A DNA stretch of 60,141 nucleotides from Bacteroides sp. UBA939. Its GTDB lineage: Bacteria > Bacteroidota > Bacteroidia > Bacteroidales > Bacteroidaceae. Position numbers and translations under genes: made by a program. The stretch covers positions 1 to 60,141 of the forward strand of contig NZ_DBDF01000038.1 of NCBI RefSeq assembly GCF_002293435.1, in the 5' to 3' direction. Shown here piece by piece: positions 1-9,592 of the stretch. Numbering within the stretch: the stretch's first letter is position 1; each line of letters opens with the position of its first letter. The notes beneath the pieces are model-generated. The model made no database searches, was not told where the DNA came from, and was given only the letters and a program-made list of their open reading frames with translations.

Positions 1-122
1 AACTTTTCCATAATGAACCAATAGGCTCCGACGCCTTTGAAGGTTTCTACGCTGATCAGGTTTTGCATTCTGGGGTCATGCATCGCCATAAGCGGATGTT
101 TCAGATAGAAGTTACTTTTCAT
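1..122 (-). CDS. 5' part of a DUF4373-like Bacteroides protein (runs off window start)
   Basis: Minus-strand ATG at 122 reads MKSNFYLKHPLMAMHDPRMQNLISVETFKGVGAYWFIMEK. The H....D.R....G.GAYW..E pattern recalls DUF4373 N-termini. Not in the supplied ORF track. Confidence 0.55.
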   Translation of the reverse strand, partial: MKSNFYLKHPLMAMHDPRMQNLISVETFKGVGAYWFIMEK

Positions 123-237
123 ATCAGGTTATTTGGGTTTTTACAGTGGGAAAAGTTTCCGGTAAGACGGTTCATTATAAATATGACATTCAAACGTAAG
201 ATTTCTTATGTGAAACTTTTCCCGTATTTTTATACTG

Positions 238-268
238 CAAAGGTATAAAAATGATAATTTATAGCAAA
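238..268 (-). promoter_or_regulatory. Bacteroides sigma-A-type promoter for the leftward gene
   Basis: Minus strand has TTTG (268-265), a 19-bp spacer, then TACCTTTG (245-238), matching the -33 TTTG / -7 TAnnTTTG consensus. Confidence 0.5.
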
Positions 269-345
269 TGTACGGTTTGGCGAGAAAAAACGCCCTTAGA
301 ACATGCTGTAAGCCCTATTTTTTCCGCCAAACCGTACATTTGCTA
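262..345. repeat. 21-bp perfect inverted repeat with 42-bp spacer
   Basis: TAGCAAATGTACGGTTTGGCG (262-282) and its exact reverse complement (325-345). Extends inward by GAAAAAA/TTTTTTC with a 1-nt bulge. Confidence 0.9.
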
Positions 346-653
346 ATTTTTCACTTTAACATAACATTAACATTTTGGTAGACCTTTGGCCTCCTTGAAA
401 CAACCTATAATACCCAATCCCACCAAATTTCATCCTTTAGCATTATGCCAATTCTAAAAGAACATTCATGACCTTGTATAACAACATCACCTCTACCATT
501 ATGCAATATATGGCAATACTCTGGAGTCGCATTTCTTAAAGTGGCAGGTACTTAAAGTTAAGATAAAGAAAAATAAAAAAGTTTCCCACAAGCAAGCACT
601 ATGTCGCTAATTTTATATTAATTTGCAGATGCTTACTGAATGTAAAACAGAAA

Positions 654-2417
654 ATGAGAAAACAAAAAAATATGAACTACCCTTACAGCATACTCGTATT
701 TATATGGTTGATTGTAGCAACCGGCTTTAATGTAACACATGCCTTTGCAGCAAACAACTCCTTGCCGGACAGCCTGCTGACCGAAGACTGTGTCTATGAA
801 TATACCTTTTCGAATTATGACAAGGCAGTGCAAATAATGAAGGAACTGCGCAAGCGGAATACCTATTCACAATACCGACTGGACGTGACTGAAGGCGACT
901 TGTATTTCAATACAGGACGCTATCTGCAAGCACTGAAATACTACAAACGGGTAATGAAAAGCGACACGGTGCGAGGTAGCGACAAGGAGTACATGGAGCA
1001 GGTACACCGCATGATTTCCTGCTACGACTGCCTGCACGACGAAGCAAAGAAAGCAGGCTATGTGCGGCTATTGTTGCAGAAGGCGGAGCAGTGCGACAAC
1101 AAAGAAATGAAATCCATCGCCCTCTTCAATATGGGAAAGATGATCTATTACCAAGAGGACAAGCCACGGGGCTACGAAATGATAAAGGAAGCTATTTCCC
1201 TGATGAAGCAGACAGACTATAAATACAAGTATGACAACCTACGATATAATTACAACTCACTATTCATCATGCAGCAACGGGACAAACACTACGAGGATGC
1301 CCTGCAAACACTGGAAGAGCTGGAAAAGGTGACGACCAAGGCAACCAACGAGGAACCCGGCATCGGCAATCTGGCGGAGAAGGAGCAGAAAACGCTGTAT
1401 GCGCACCGTGCAGTCGTATTCTCCCGGCTGGGACGGTTCAGGGAAGCGAACGAAGCTTATCAGGCGTGGAAAGCCATCGGGGAGGCATACACCAAAGACG
1501 ACTATCTGATTATCCCCTATCTGATGGACAGGAAACAATACGACAAAGTGATTGAAATGTACACGCCGCGCGAAGCCTTCCTGTATGCCAACAAGGACAC
1601 CATCAACTACCACATGATGACGGCGAAGCGTTCGCTGGCGAAAGCCTACGAGGGCAAAGGGAACTATAAACTGGCATCACGGTACTATAATGCGCTCTCC
1701 ATCCTGACAGACAGTCTGAAGGCACGGGAACAGAAAAGTTCCGCCATCGAACTGGCAACAGTATATGAGACTCACGAACGCGAAGAGGAATTGCACGAAC
1801 AGACGGAACGGGTGAAAATGTACACAGTCATGCTGCTCTCTTCCGGAGTGGTGCTTGTTATCCTGCTGGTGTTGTTCGTACTTAATATACGGCATACCCG
1901 TACCGTTCGCCGAAAGAACACGGCCATGGTGAAAACGATTGATGACCTGCTGAGTTATAAGGACGAACTGGACGAAGCAAAGGAGAAACTGCGCAAAGTG
2001 ACAGAAAATAATAATACTGCCGACCTGCCGGATAATAGCATCATACCGGATAACGATACCGTAACGGACACGGAAGAAGAAGAGAAAAACCGGCTACTGT
2101 TTGAAAAGCTGGACAATGTGGTAACACGTGACAAACTATATCTGAACCCTGACTTGTCGCGTGAGGATTTAGTGAAGCTCACCGGAGCAAATAAAACACG
2201 GGTGGGAAGAATATTGCAACAGAATACAGGATTGGGTACAACGGGATATATCAATAAGAAACGGTTGGAATTTGCTGCAAAATTACTAAAAAACAATCCT
2301 AATTACACGATACCGACTATCGCCGAAAAATGTGGCTTGCCCAATGTTCCGACCTTTAATCGGCTGTTCCGTACCAAATACGGCATGACACCAAGTGAAT
2401 ATCGAAAAACCACGTAA
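654..2417 (+). CDS. Membrane-spanning TPR + AraC-family transcriptional regulator
   Basis: N-terminal signal-like segment ending AFA, TPR-like helical region, TM helix VMLLSSGVVLVILLVLFVLNI, C-terminal AraC HTH (LYLNPDLSRE...YINKKRLEFAAKLL...IAEKCGL...FNRLFRTKYGMTPSEYR). Confidence 0.9.
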   Translation: MRKQKNMNYPYSILVFIWLIVATGFNVTHAFAANNSLPDSLLTEDCVYEYTFSNYDKAVQIMKELRKRNTYSQYRLDVTEGDLYFNTGRYLQALKYYKRVMKSDTVRGSDKEYMEQVHRMISCYDCLHDEAKKAGYVRLLLQKAEQCDNKEMKSIALFNMGKMIYYQEDKPRGYEMIKEAISLMKQTDYKYKYDNLRYNYNSLFIMQQRDKHYEDALQTLEELEKVTTKATNEEPGIGNLAEKEQKTLYAHRAVVFSRLGRFREANEAYQAWKAIGEAYTKDDYLIIPYLMDRKQYDKVIEMYTPREAFLYANKDTINYHMMTAKRSLAKAYEGKGNYKLASRYYNALSILTDSLKAREQKSSAIELATVYETHEREEELHEQTERVKMYTVMLLSSGVVLVILLVLFVLNIRHTRTVRRKNTAMVKTIDDLLSYKDELDEAKEKLRKVTENNNTADLPDNSIIPDNDTVTDTEEEEKNRLLFEKLDNVVTRDKLYLNPDLSREDLVKLTGANKTRVGRILQQNTGLGTTGYINKKRLEFAAKLLKNNPNYTIPTIAEKCGLPNVPTFNRLFRTKYGMTPSEYRKTT

Positions 2418-2470
2418 ATTCCCAAAAAATAAGAGATATACAAGTCAAAACAAACGAAACAAAAAAGGTG

Positions 2471-2506
2471 TGTGCCAAAGTGGTAGATATTTGTGCCAAA
2501 GTGGTA
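2471..2506 (+). promoter_or_regulatory. Tandem direct repeat, candidate AraC-type operator for the injection-system operon
   Basis: TGTGCCAAAGTGGTA at 2471-2485 and 2492-2506: perfect 15-mers, 21-bp period. Confidence 0.65.
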
Positions 2507-2525
2507 TATCTTGAACCTCTATTTT

Positions 2526-2557
2526 CTTGGCTTGTATTTCCGTAAAGACTATTTTTG
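2526..2557 (+). promoter_or_regulatory. Candidate promoter of injection-system operon
   Basis: TATTTTTG (-7 consensus TAnnTTTG) at 2550-2557, with a weak -33-like CTTG at 2526-2529 (20-bp spacer). Confidence 0.45.
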
Positions 2558-2650
2558 GACTGTACTAATCAATTTTAACCGGTATAGTTCAAATGAAATA
2601 AAGGCGTACTGGCATAGTTAACCGTTTAAAAAAGACTCTTTGAAAGCTAT

Positions 2651-3208
2651 ATGATAAAGAAGATAGTGACACACTACGCCTCCCGCCTGGACGAGTACCT
2701 GCGCCACAAGTTTCCGCAGCCCGAAGGCATGGCAGAAGTAGGATTCATCGGCAACAGCGCGGATGAAAAACCATGCAAGCTGGTCGTTTCGCTGGTCAAC
2801 ATCGAGCGTGAAACGGCAGGGGGCATAGCGGGGAGTATCAACCGCAGTGGCATGGATTATACGCGGACTTTTGCGCCGCTGCTACTAAACCTCGACCTGA
2901 TGCTCGCCGCCGTATATGACGAGAGGCGGTATGCCGAGTCGCTTTCCGTCCTGCACGAATCATTGCTTTTCATCCAGTCGCATCCCTTTTTTGAACTGGA
3001 CGGGCAAAGATATACGGTAGAGGTCGTCACACTCTCGACACAAGACATTAATAACATCTGGTCTACATTGGGTGGACAATATTATCCGTCGGTGATGTGC
3101 AAACTGCGCCGTCTCGCGGTGGATGCGAATGAAGCTGTAGGCAGCGGTGGCATCTCCCGCGCCCCGTCGGCCAATGTAACCAATAAAAGAAAGGAGAAAA
3201 ATACATGA
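2651..3208 (+). CDS. DUF4255 / Pvc16-Afp16-like tail cap (terminator) protein
   Basis: Motifs LVVSLVNIERE, PLLLNLDLML, YAESL, INNIWSTLGGQYYPSVMCKLR typical of Pvc16_N. First gene of cluster. Confidence 0.85.
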   Translation: MIKKIVTHYASRLDEYLRHKFPQPEGMAEVGFIGNSADEKPCKLVVSLVNIERETAGGIAGSINRSGMDYTRTFAPLLLNLDLMLAAVYDERRYAESLSVLHESLLFIQSHPFFELDGQRYTVEVVTLSTQDINNIWSTLGGQYYPSVMCKLRRLAVDANEAVGSGGISRAPSANVTNKRKEKNT

Positions 3209-3972
3209 GCCAATATATGCCCATAGCCATCATACGCATCGAACATGATTATTGCGCCCCTCCAGCAAACCCTTTTGTGGACATGGAGCAGACCCCCGAC
3301 ACTCGAAAGCTGACGGATCGACGGGGCGTGTTACTCAGATCTACCGACAGGAATGAGTGGCAATGGATTATGTCCAATGATGCGCCGGGATTTATGGATG
3401 ATGATGCGCTGGAGCTTTCGATGATTGTGAAAAGCCCCGATTTCCTGCAACAGATAGAGAGCAAAGAATATGAGTTAGGCGGCTTTTACAAATTCACCGT
3501 GAAAGACGGAGTGACGGAAGTAAATGCCGATTATGTCTGGAAACAGGAAACAGAAGGACAGAAACTGAGAAACGAGTTCTGCCGCCTAACGCTGAAACCG
3601 GCACAAACGTTACAGGCCGCCTGCTGCCCCATATTCACCCTCCGGTTCTCTTCCCGTCCCTATTATTGGGAGTATCTGTGCATATTCAGGGATGAGAATG
3701 ACCTGCGCGGGAAAGACCTCAGCATGAAGTGCAGCGACAACTCTGTGTCTTTCTTTCCACCGGAAAAGTGCGGGACAACAGCATTCGGAGCCAATGTCTG
3801 GAGAATCGTTTCTATCGCTCGGATACCACTGAAGGAGCATTATGATTTTTCACTGCAACTCTACCTCGGCACGCGAGTGGAAAATCGGTTCATTTCACCA
3901 CCGCAAATGGGAAAATTCCGGTCGGACTCTCCGGATATCCTGAGAGAGATATGCTACATCAGAGAACAATAA
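3205..3972 (+). CDS. Hypothetical CIS protein between cap and sheath (possible cap adaptor)
   Basis: 255-aa ORF overlapping the cap gene stop (ATGA). IRIEHDY N-terminus and F.SR..YWEY motif resemble proteins found at this position in Bacteroidota CIS loci. Role inferred from position. Confidence 0.6.
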   Translation: MSQYMPIAIIRIEHDYCAPPANPFVDMEQTPDTRKLTDRRGVLLRSTDRNEWQWIMSNDAPGFMDDDALELSMIVKSPDFLQQIESKEYELGGFYKFTVKDGVTEVNADYVWKQETEGQKLRNEFCRLTLKPAQTLQAACCPIFTLRFSSRPYYWEYLCIFRDENDLRGKDLSMKCSDNSVSFFPPEKCGTTAFGANVWRIVSIARIPLKEHYDFSLQLYLGTRVENRFISPPQMGKFRSDSPDILREICYIREQ

Positions 3973-4025
3973 CCAAAGATTTGAGTCACGTCAAATATAG
4001 TATTAATCTTTAAAATTGAAAAACT

Positions 4026-5525
4026 ATGGGCGAATACAAGACCCCCGGCGTTTACATCGTAGAGAAAAACGCATTCGGCAACTCGGTAGTGGAAGTGGAA
4101 ACTGCCGTGCCTGCCTTTATCGGCTACACCGAAAAGGCGCTGAACGGTACGGAAGAACTGATCGGCAAACCATGGAAGATTACTTCCATGACAGAATTTA
4201 TTCAGTATTTCGGAGGGATGCATACCCCGAAATATACCATCTGCCTCAAGACGGGCGGTGAGGAATCCGCCCCCTCCGCCAAGAGCTTCTCCGTGAAGAC
4301 CTCCTCCGGTAGTGAGTTTTCCATTGCTGTGGAGAACGACTATACACTCTATCTGCACATGCTATTGTTCTTTACCAATGGCGGCGGTCCGTGTTACATC
4401 GTGTCCGTAGGCAAATACGAAACCGAATTCAAGGCAGCGGACTTCGAGACGGCCTTTACACCGCTGGAAAAAGAAGCGGAGCCTACCATGATAGTCATCC
4501 CCGAAGCCGTCAACCTGACGGACACCGCCTGCTATTCCCTGCAACAGAAAATGGTGGAGCACTGCAACAAGATGCAGAGCCGTATCTCCATTCTGGACGT
4601 GTTCATCCAGAAATATCCCGCCGACCCGAAAGCAAAAGTAGACTACGTGGAGAATTTCCGTAACGGGTTCAGCACCAACTTCCCCTCTTACGCGGCGGCT
4701 TACTATCCTTATCTGAATACTTCCGCTCTCGCTGATACCGACATTACGGAAAACATGATCGTACTGAAAGACAACGTAGCCGACTTCATTACGCATCTCG
4801 ATTTAGACGAGAAAATGATAACCTCCTTCAAGACCGCTTTTCTCACAGAGGAAAATAGTGGGGAGATGACAAAGGACATCAATCAGGCCCTGCTGCAAAA
4901 CTCCGTAATTTACCGGCAACTCATAAAAGCAGTCAAGGACAACCTGAACCTACTCTCCCCCTCGGCAGCGATAGCGGGCGTATATTGCTCGGTGGACAAC
5001 TCGCGCGGCGTATGGAAAGCTCCCGCCAACGTGACGGTTAATTCCGTGGTGAAACCATCGGTAGCCATCAACGACTACGAGCAGGAAAATCTGAACATAC
5101 CCATGAGCGGCAAGGCGGTGAATGCTATCCGCACCTTCCCCGGCGAAGGAGTCAAAGTATGGGGGGCACGCACGATGGACGGCAACTCGCAGGACTGGCG
5201 GTATGTCAATGTGCGCCGCACAATGATTTATCTGGAACAGTCGGTGAAAAACGCCGCACGCGCCTACGTGTTCGAACCGAACGATGCCGGTACATGGATT
5301 AACATGAAGTGCATGATAGACAACTTCCTGCGCAGCGTGTGGAAACGCGGCGGACTGGCGGGGGCGACTCCCGAAGACGCCTTCGAGGTGCACGTGGGGC
5401 TGGGCGACACGATGACAGCCGAAGATATTCTGGATGGCATTATGCGCATCACGGTGCTGGTGGCAGTCAGCCGTCCGGCAGAGTTCATCGAAATCACCTT
5501 CCAGCAGCAGATGCAGAAGAGTTAA
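4026..5525 (+). CDS. Contractile tail sheath protein (Afp2/3/4, gp18-like)
   Basis: YKTPGVYIVE, TAVPAFIGYTEKA, FFTNGGGPCYIVSVG, RGVWKAPAN, VWGARTM, WRYVNVRR, VFEPND, RPAEFIEITFQQ. Confidence 0.97.
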   Translation: MGEYKTPGVYIVEKNAFGNSVVEVETAVPAFIGYTEKALNGTEELIGKPWKITSMTEFIQYFGGMHTPKYTICLKTGGEESAPSAKSFSVKTSSGSEFSIAVENDYTLYLHMLLFFTNGGGPCYIVSVGKYETEFKAADFETAFTPLEKEAEPTMIVIPEAVNLTDTACYSLQQKMVEHCNKMQSRISILDVFIQKYPADPKAKVDYVENFRNGFSTNFPSYAAAYYPYLNTSALADTDITENMIVLKDNVADFITHLDLDEKMITSFKTAFLTEENSGEMTKDINQALLQNSVIYRQLIKAVKDNLNLLSPSAAIAGVYCSVDNSRGVWKAPANVTVNSVVKPSVAINDYEQENLNIPMSGKAVNAIRTFPGEGVKVWGARTMDGNSQDWRYVNVRRTMIYLEQSVKNAARAYVFEPNDAGTWINMKCMIDNFLRSVWKRGGLAGATPEDAFEVHVGLGDTMTAEDILDGIMRITVLVAVSRPAEFIEITFQQQMQKS

Positions 5526-5558
5526 CTATAGTAGCAACAATAAAAAAATCAATATATT

Positions 5559-6023
5559 ATGGCAGATAATGGAACAGCACAGAGTGCAAGTACACAGGCG
5601 TGGCCGTTGCCGAGTTTTTATTTCAAAATCTCCATTACGAATGTAGGGGATATGTCATGCAGTGAAGTGTCGGGACTTGAGATGGAATACGATACCATTG
5701 AGTACCGTGCCGGTGACAGCCCGGTGTTCACCAAGCAGAAAATGCCGGGGCTAAGAAAGGCCGGTGACGTGACGTTGAAGAAAGGCATCTTCAAGGACGA
5801 CAAGGCAATGTGGGACTGGATCAATAAAGTGAAGCTGAATACCATCCAGCGCGAAACTGTCACCGTCAACCTGCTCGACGAATCGGGCGGGGTTGTGAAG
5901 ACGTGGGTAGTAGTGAACGCCTGGCCCAAGAAGATTACAGTGGAAGGCTTTAAGGCGGACGGCAACACTGCCGCCATCGAGACATTGGTACTGGCACACG
6001 AAGGTGTGAATATTTCAACATAG
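5559..6023 (+). CDS. Tail tube protein (T4 gp19-like, Afp1)
   Basis: WPLPSFYF, SEVSGLEME, IEYRAG, KMPGLRK, VTLKKG, W...NAWPKK, AIETLVLAHEG. Confidence 0.95.
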   Translation: MADNGTAQSASTQAWPLPSFYFKISITNVGDMSCSEVSGLEMEYDTIEYRAGDSPVFTKQKMPGLRKAGDVTLKKGIFKDDKAMWDWINKVKLNTIQRETVTVNLLDESGGVVKTWVVVNAWPKKITVEGFKADGNTAAIETLVLAHEGVNIST

Positions 6024-6027
6024 TGAT

Positions 6028-6528
6028 ATGGCTGATTCTCCCGCATCACAATCCACTGTTAAATGGATTCCATCCGTTGCTTTTTACTTTCAGGTGAATT
6101 TCCAACGGATGGGAGGTACCAACTTCCAAGCTTCATTCCTGGAAATTGGCGGATTGTCGTGGGATTTGGGTAAAAGGGTCTACCGGGGGAATAACGGGAG
6201 CTTCCAGGCTGTTCCTACCGGACTGACCTATCCGACGAATATGACATTGAAGCGTCCTCTGGGGCCTATGTCCGGTGCACTGGCCAAATGGCTGAAGGAG
6301 TGCCATGACTTTATCTCTTCCGCAAGGAAGGACAGAGATATGCAAGCTATTATGACTTACGATATGGTCATTCATCTGATGGATATAGACGGAAAGCCCC
6401 ACGCCTCGTGGCAATGTGTAAATGTCTATCCAATGAAATGGAGCTTGGGCAACTTTGCTTCCGACAAGAGTGAAATGGCAATAGAAACTATCGAACTGGC
6501 CTATGCCCGTTTGGAACGTGTAAAATAA
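6028..6528 (+). CDS. Second, divergent tail tube protein (Afp5-like)
   Basis: AFYFQV, F.EIGGL, MTLKR, W...NVYPMKWS, MAIETIELAY: gp19-family pattern. Confidence 0.85.
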   Translation: MADSPASQSTVKWIPSVAFYFQVNFQRMGGTNFQASFLEIGGLSWDLGKRVYRGNNGSFQAVPTGLTYPTNMTLKRPLGPMSGALAKWLKECHDFISSARKDRDMQAIMTYDMVIHLMDIDGKPHASWQCVNVYPMKWSLGNFASDKSEMAIETIELAYARLERVK

Positions 6529-6534
6529 GAAATT

Positions 6535-6741
6535 ATGCCGATAATAATCAAGGAAATGCATGTCCGCACCGTTGTAGAGAAACGAATCGTCACAGAAGCG
6601 GAAGTTTCGGAGGAACTGTTCCGGAAGATAGAAAGCCGTGTAACGGAGGGACTGTTTGCCGGAGAAAGCAACAAACAGCTATCCACCCAGCAGTGGCAGC
6701 CCTTCACCCGGCGGTGGCAGCGAAAGAAGAACGAAAGGTAG
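6535..6741 (+). CDS. Small DUF5908 / Afp6-like (plug-like) protein
   Basis: 68 aa, N-terminus MPIIIKEMHVRTVV typical of the small eCIS gene between tube and LysM genes. Confidence 0.7.
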   Translation: MPIIIKEMHVRTVVEKRIVTEAEVSEELFRKIESRVTEGLFAGESNKQLSTQQWQPFTRRWQRKKNER

Positions 6742-6765
6742 TGACATATAAAGAACAAAAACGAA

Positions 6766-7425
6766 ATGGGAAAGATGACCATCACCGCCTATAGGGACGA
6801 CAGTTTCAACAGCGAATGCAAATCCGCATTGAATCTCCCCATCAATCCGAACAAGGTGAAGCTTGGCAAAGGAATCGTTTATGCGGAAGACAAGCAATTG
6901 GGCAGTCTGAACGGATCAAATGTCTATGTGCGCTACAAGCCTGAAACGTTCAGTTTCGAGTGTCTGCTGGATATGACTGCCATGGCCGATGACGACGAGA
7001 AGAAACCGGTGCACGACATGGTGGATGCTATCGAGGAGCGACTGTACGACTACAACACCGAAGGACATCGCCCTTCGTTTGTCAAGGTGCAGTACGGCGA
7101 CATCACGTTCTTCGGACAGCTCAAGACACTGGACACGGAATACACCCTGTTCGATGCAGACGGCATCCCGCTCCGCGCCGAACTGAAAGTGACACTGACG
7201 GGTTATTGCAACCAGAAGGAGGAAAAGAAACACTTCTCCAAGCATTCGCCTGACGTGTCGCGGTTGGTCACACTGAATGAAGGGCAGACACTCTCCGCCC
7301 TCTGCTACGAAGTATATGGTGATGCGCTCTTAGTGGGGCAAGTCGCAAGATTTAATAATCTGAACGGCTATAGGAACATACCGGCAGGTACGCAACTCCT
7401 GATGCCGATGTTAAAGAAAGGATAA
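6766..7425 (+). CDS. Tube initiator with C-terminal LysM-like domain (Afp7-like)
   Basis: PINP, HRPSFVKVQYG, YTLFDADGIPLRAEL, SPDVSR, GQTLSALCYEVYGD...VARFNNL. Confidence 0.9.
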   Translation: MGKMTITAYRDDSFNSECKSALNLPINPNKVKLGKGIVYAEDKQLGSLNGSNVYVRYKPETFSFECLLDMTAMADDDEKKPVHDMVDAIEERLYDYNTEGHRPSFVKVQYGDITFFGQLKTLDTEYTLFDADGIPLRAELKVTLTGYCNQKEEKKHFSKHSPDVSRLVTLNEGQTLSALCYEVYGDALLVGQVARFNNLNGYRNIPAGTQLLMPMLKKG

Positions 7426-7432
7426 AGAAATT

Positions 7433-9205
7433 ATGGTAGAATCACCTTCGGTAAATAAAGACCGCGTACTGTCCTGTTCCGTCTATGTGAATGGCAGCAA
7501 GCTGAAAGACACCTATTCACTGGTATCAGCTTCGGTGCGACTGGAACTGAACCGAATCGGCAAGGCGACGCTGACGTTCAATGTCGGAAACATGGACAAG
7601 CAGACCTTCGATGAAAGTGACGACTCGCTGTTCAAGCCGGGCAACAGTATCCGTCTGGACGCAGGCGAAGTAGATAAGGAGGAAACACTGTTCGATGGCA
7701 TCATCACCGGGCTGCGCATCCTCACAGAAAAGGACTTCCGCTCTTATATGATGGTGGAGTGCCGCGACAACGCCTACGCTGCCACCCAGGGGCGCAAGAA
7801 CCGTATCTTCGAAAAGAAGAATGACAGCGACATCATCAAGGAAGTACTCGCCGCCTACGGCAGCGTAGATGTGGATGCCACTTCTTATCAGCACCCCACA
7901 CTGATGCAGTATTACTGCTCGGACTGGGACTTCGCCCTCTCACGTGCCGATGCCTGCGGACTGTTTGTCTTCACCGAAGGCAATAAGATAAAGGTTAAGA
8001 AACCCGATGTAAGCAGCTCGCCCGTACTGACGGTGACCTACGGCACGGACATCATCGCCCTCGACCTCGAACTCTCCTCCGACGACCAGTTCACGCAATA
8101 CGAAGCCGTGTCGTGGTGTCCCAAGACACAGAAGATGGTTCGGGTTTCCGCTTCCTCCCCCTTGCTCAACAAGCAAGGCGACCTGCAGCCCAAGAACATC
8201 ACCTCCGGTAACAGCCTGCTGCTGCAAACCGATGCGCCCACAGACGAGAAAGCATTGAAGCAATGGGCGGACAGCATGGCACTGAAAGCCGGACTGGCAC
8301 GCTATCAAGGTTCCGTCAGCTTTTACGGCTCCGCCAAAGCGAAGCCCGGCTGCATGATTGAACTGAAAGGGCTGGGCAAACGGTTTGGCGGCAACCTGTT
8401 TGTCGGTGCGGTGATACACACCATCTGCGACAACGAATGGATCACCGAAGCCGGTGCAGGCATCTCGCCCTTGAACATCACCAATGAAACGGACGTGGTG
8501 TCTCCCTCCGCCGCAGGTTTCCTGCCCGGCATACTGGGTTTGCACTCGGCTGTGGTGAGAAAGCTGGACGGCGACCCGCTGAAAGAACAGCGCATACAGG
8601 TGGAACTGCCGTGGCTGAACGGTCAAAGCAAACTGCTCTGGGCACGCCTCTCCACGACCTACGCCACCAGTGGCACAGGTTTGTTCTTCCTGCCCGAACC
8701 GGGCGATGAGGTATTGGTGAGCTTCGTGAACCAAGATCCCGGACATCCCGTGATTCTCGGCTCACTGTATAGCGAGAAGCACAAGCCGCCCTACGAGTAC
8801 GAGGCGAAGAATAACAAGAAAGCCTTCGTCACACGTGAGAAGATGCGCATTGAGTTCGACGAGGAGAAGAAAGCTATAACAGTCTCCACCCCCGGAAAGA
8901 ACACAGTGGAAATCAGCGACGACGGAAAGCATATCCGTCTCTCTGACCAGCATAAGAATGAAATCAAGATGGACAGTGGAGGCATCACCCTCACATCTGC
9001 CAAAGACATAACGCTGAAAGCTAAGGGCAACATCACGATAGATGCCGGGATGAAACTCAGTGAAACCGCTAAGCAGGACGTCAGTCTGGGAGGGCTGAAT
9101 GTGAAAGTGCAGGCAAAAATAGAAGCAATGGTCGATGGTGCCATAGCGAAATTCACAGCAAACGGCCAGGCCATTGTAAAAGCCCCAACAGTAATGATCA
9201 ACTAA
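7433..9205 (+). CDS. VgrG-like spike/hub protein (Afp8, gp27-gp5)
   Basis: ELNRIGKA, QYYCSDWDFALSRAD, OB-fold WARL...G.FFLPEPGDEVLVSF..DP..PVILGSLY, short C-terminal beta-helix. No evolved effector extension. Confidence 0.95.
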   Translation: MVESPSVNKDRVLSCSVYVNGSKLKDTYSLVSASVRLELNRIGKATLTFNVGNMDKQTFDESDDSLFKPGNSIRLDAGEVDKEETLFDGIITGLRILTEKDFRSYMMVECRDNAYAATQGRKNRIFEKKNDSDIIKEVLAAYGSVDVDATSYQHPTLMQYYCSDWDFALSRADACGLFVFTEGNKIKVKKPDVSSSPVLTVTYGTDIIALDLELSSDDQFTQYEAVSWCPKTQKMVRVSASSPLLNKQGDLQPKNITSGNSLLLQTDAPTDEKALKQWADSMALKAGLARYQGSVSFYGSAKAKPGCMIELKGLGKRFGGNLFVGAVIHTICDNEWITEAGAGISPLNITNETDVVSPSAAGFLPGILGLHSAVVRKLDGDPLKEQRIQVELPWLNGQSKLLWARLSTTYATSGTGLFFLPEPGDEVLVSFVNQDPGHPVILGSLYSEKHKPPYEYEAKNNKKAFVTREKMRIEFDEEKKAITVSTPGKNTVEISDDGKHIRLSDQHKNEIKMDSGGITLTSAKDITLKAKGNITIDAGMKLSETAKQDVSLGGLNVKVQAKIEAMVDGAIAKFTANGQAIVKAPTVMIN

Positions 9206-9285
9206 TGTACAACGGATAATAGTTTATAGACAATGAAAAGAAACAAATTTTTAACTCTCTATTCTCAACTTTCAATTATACAACC

Positions 9286-9588
9286 ATGCCTCCAGCAGCA
9301 AGATTAACCGATATGCACACCTGCCCCATGCAGACTCCGGCGTTTCCCTCGCCGATTCCGCACGTGGGCGGTCCCATAGTGGGTCCCGGTGTGCCGAATG
9401 TACTGATAGGGAAATTGCCCGCAGCCGTCGTAGGCGATACGTGCATCTGCGTAGGGCCACCGGATAGCATTATAAAAGGCTCGTCCACGGTGATGATTGG
9501 CGGTAAACCCGCAGCCCGCATGGGTGACACCACGGCGCATGGCGGCTCGATAGTTTCAGGATGCCCCACGGTGATGATTGGAGGATAG
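9286..9588 (+). CDS. PAAR spike-tip protein (Afp10)
   Basis: PAARLTDMHTCP, PAAVVGD, KPAARMGDTTAHGG. Confidence 0.96.
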   Translation: MPPAARLTDMHTCPMQTPAFPSPIPHVGGPIVGPGVPNVLIGKLPAAVVGDTCICVGPPDSIIKGSSTVMIGGKPAARMGDTTAHGGSIVSGCPTVMIGG

Positions 9589-9592
9589 CAAT

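Noticed and set aside
63-248. 61-aa plus-strand ORF
   Set aside because: TTG start, no family features, and it overlaps the better-supported minus-strand DUF4373-like start and its promoter.
262-345. Invertible (phase-variable) promoter
   Set aside because: Only 42 bp between the arms, no promoter motif in the spacer, and no recombinase in the window. Kept only as an inverted repeat.
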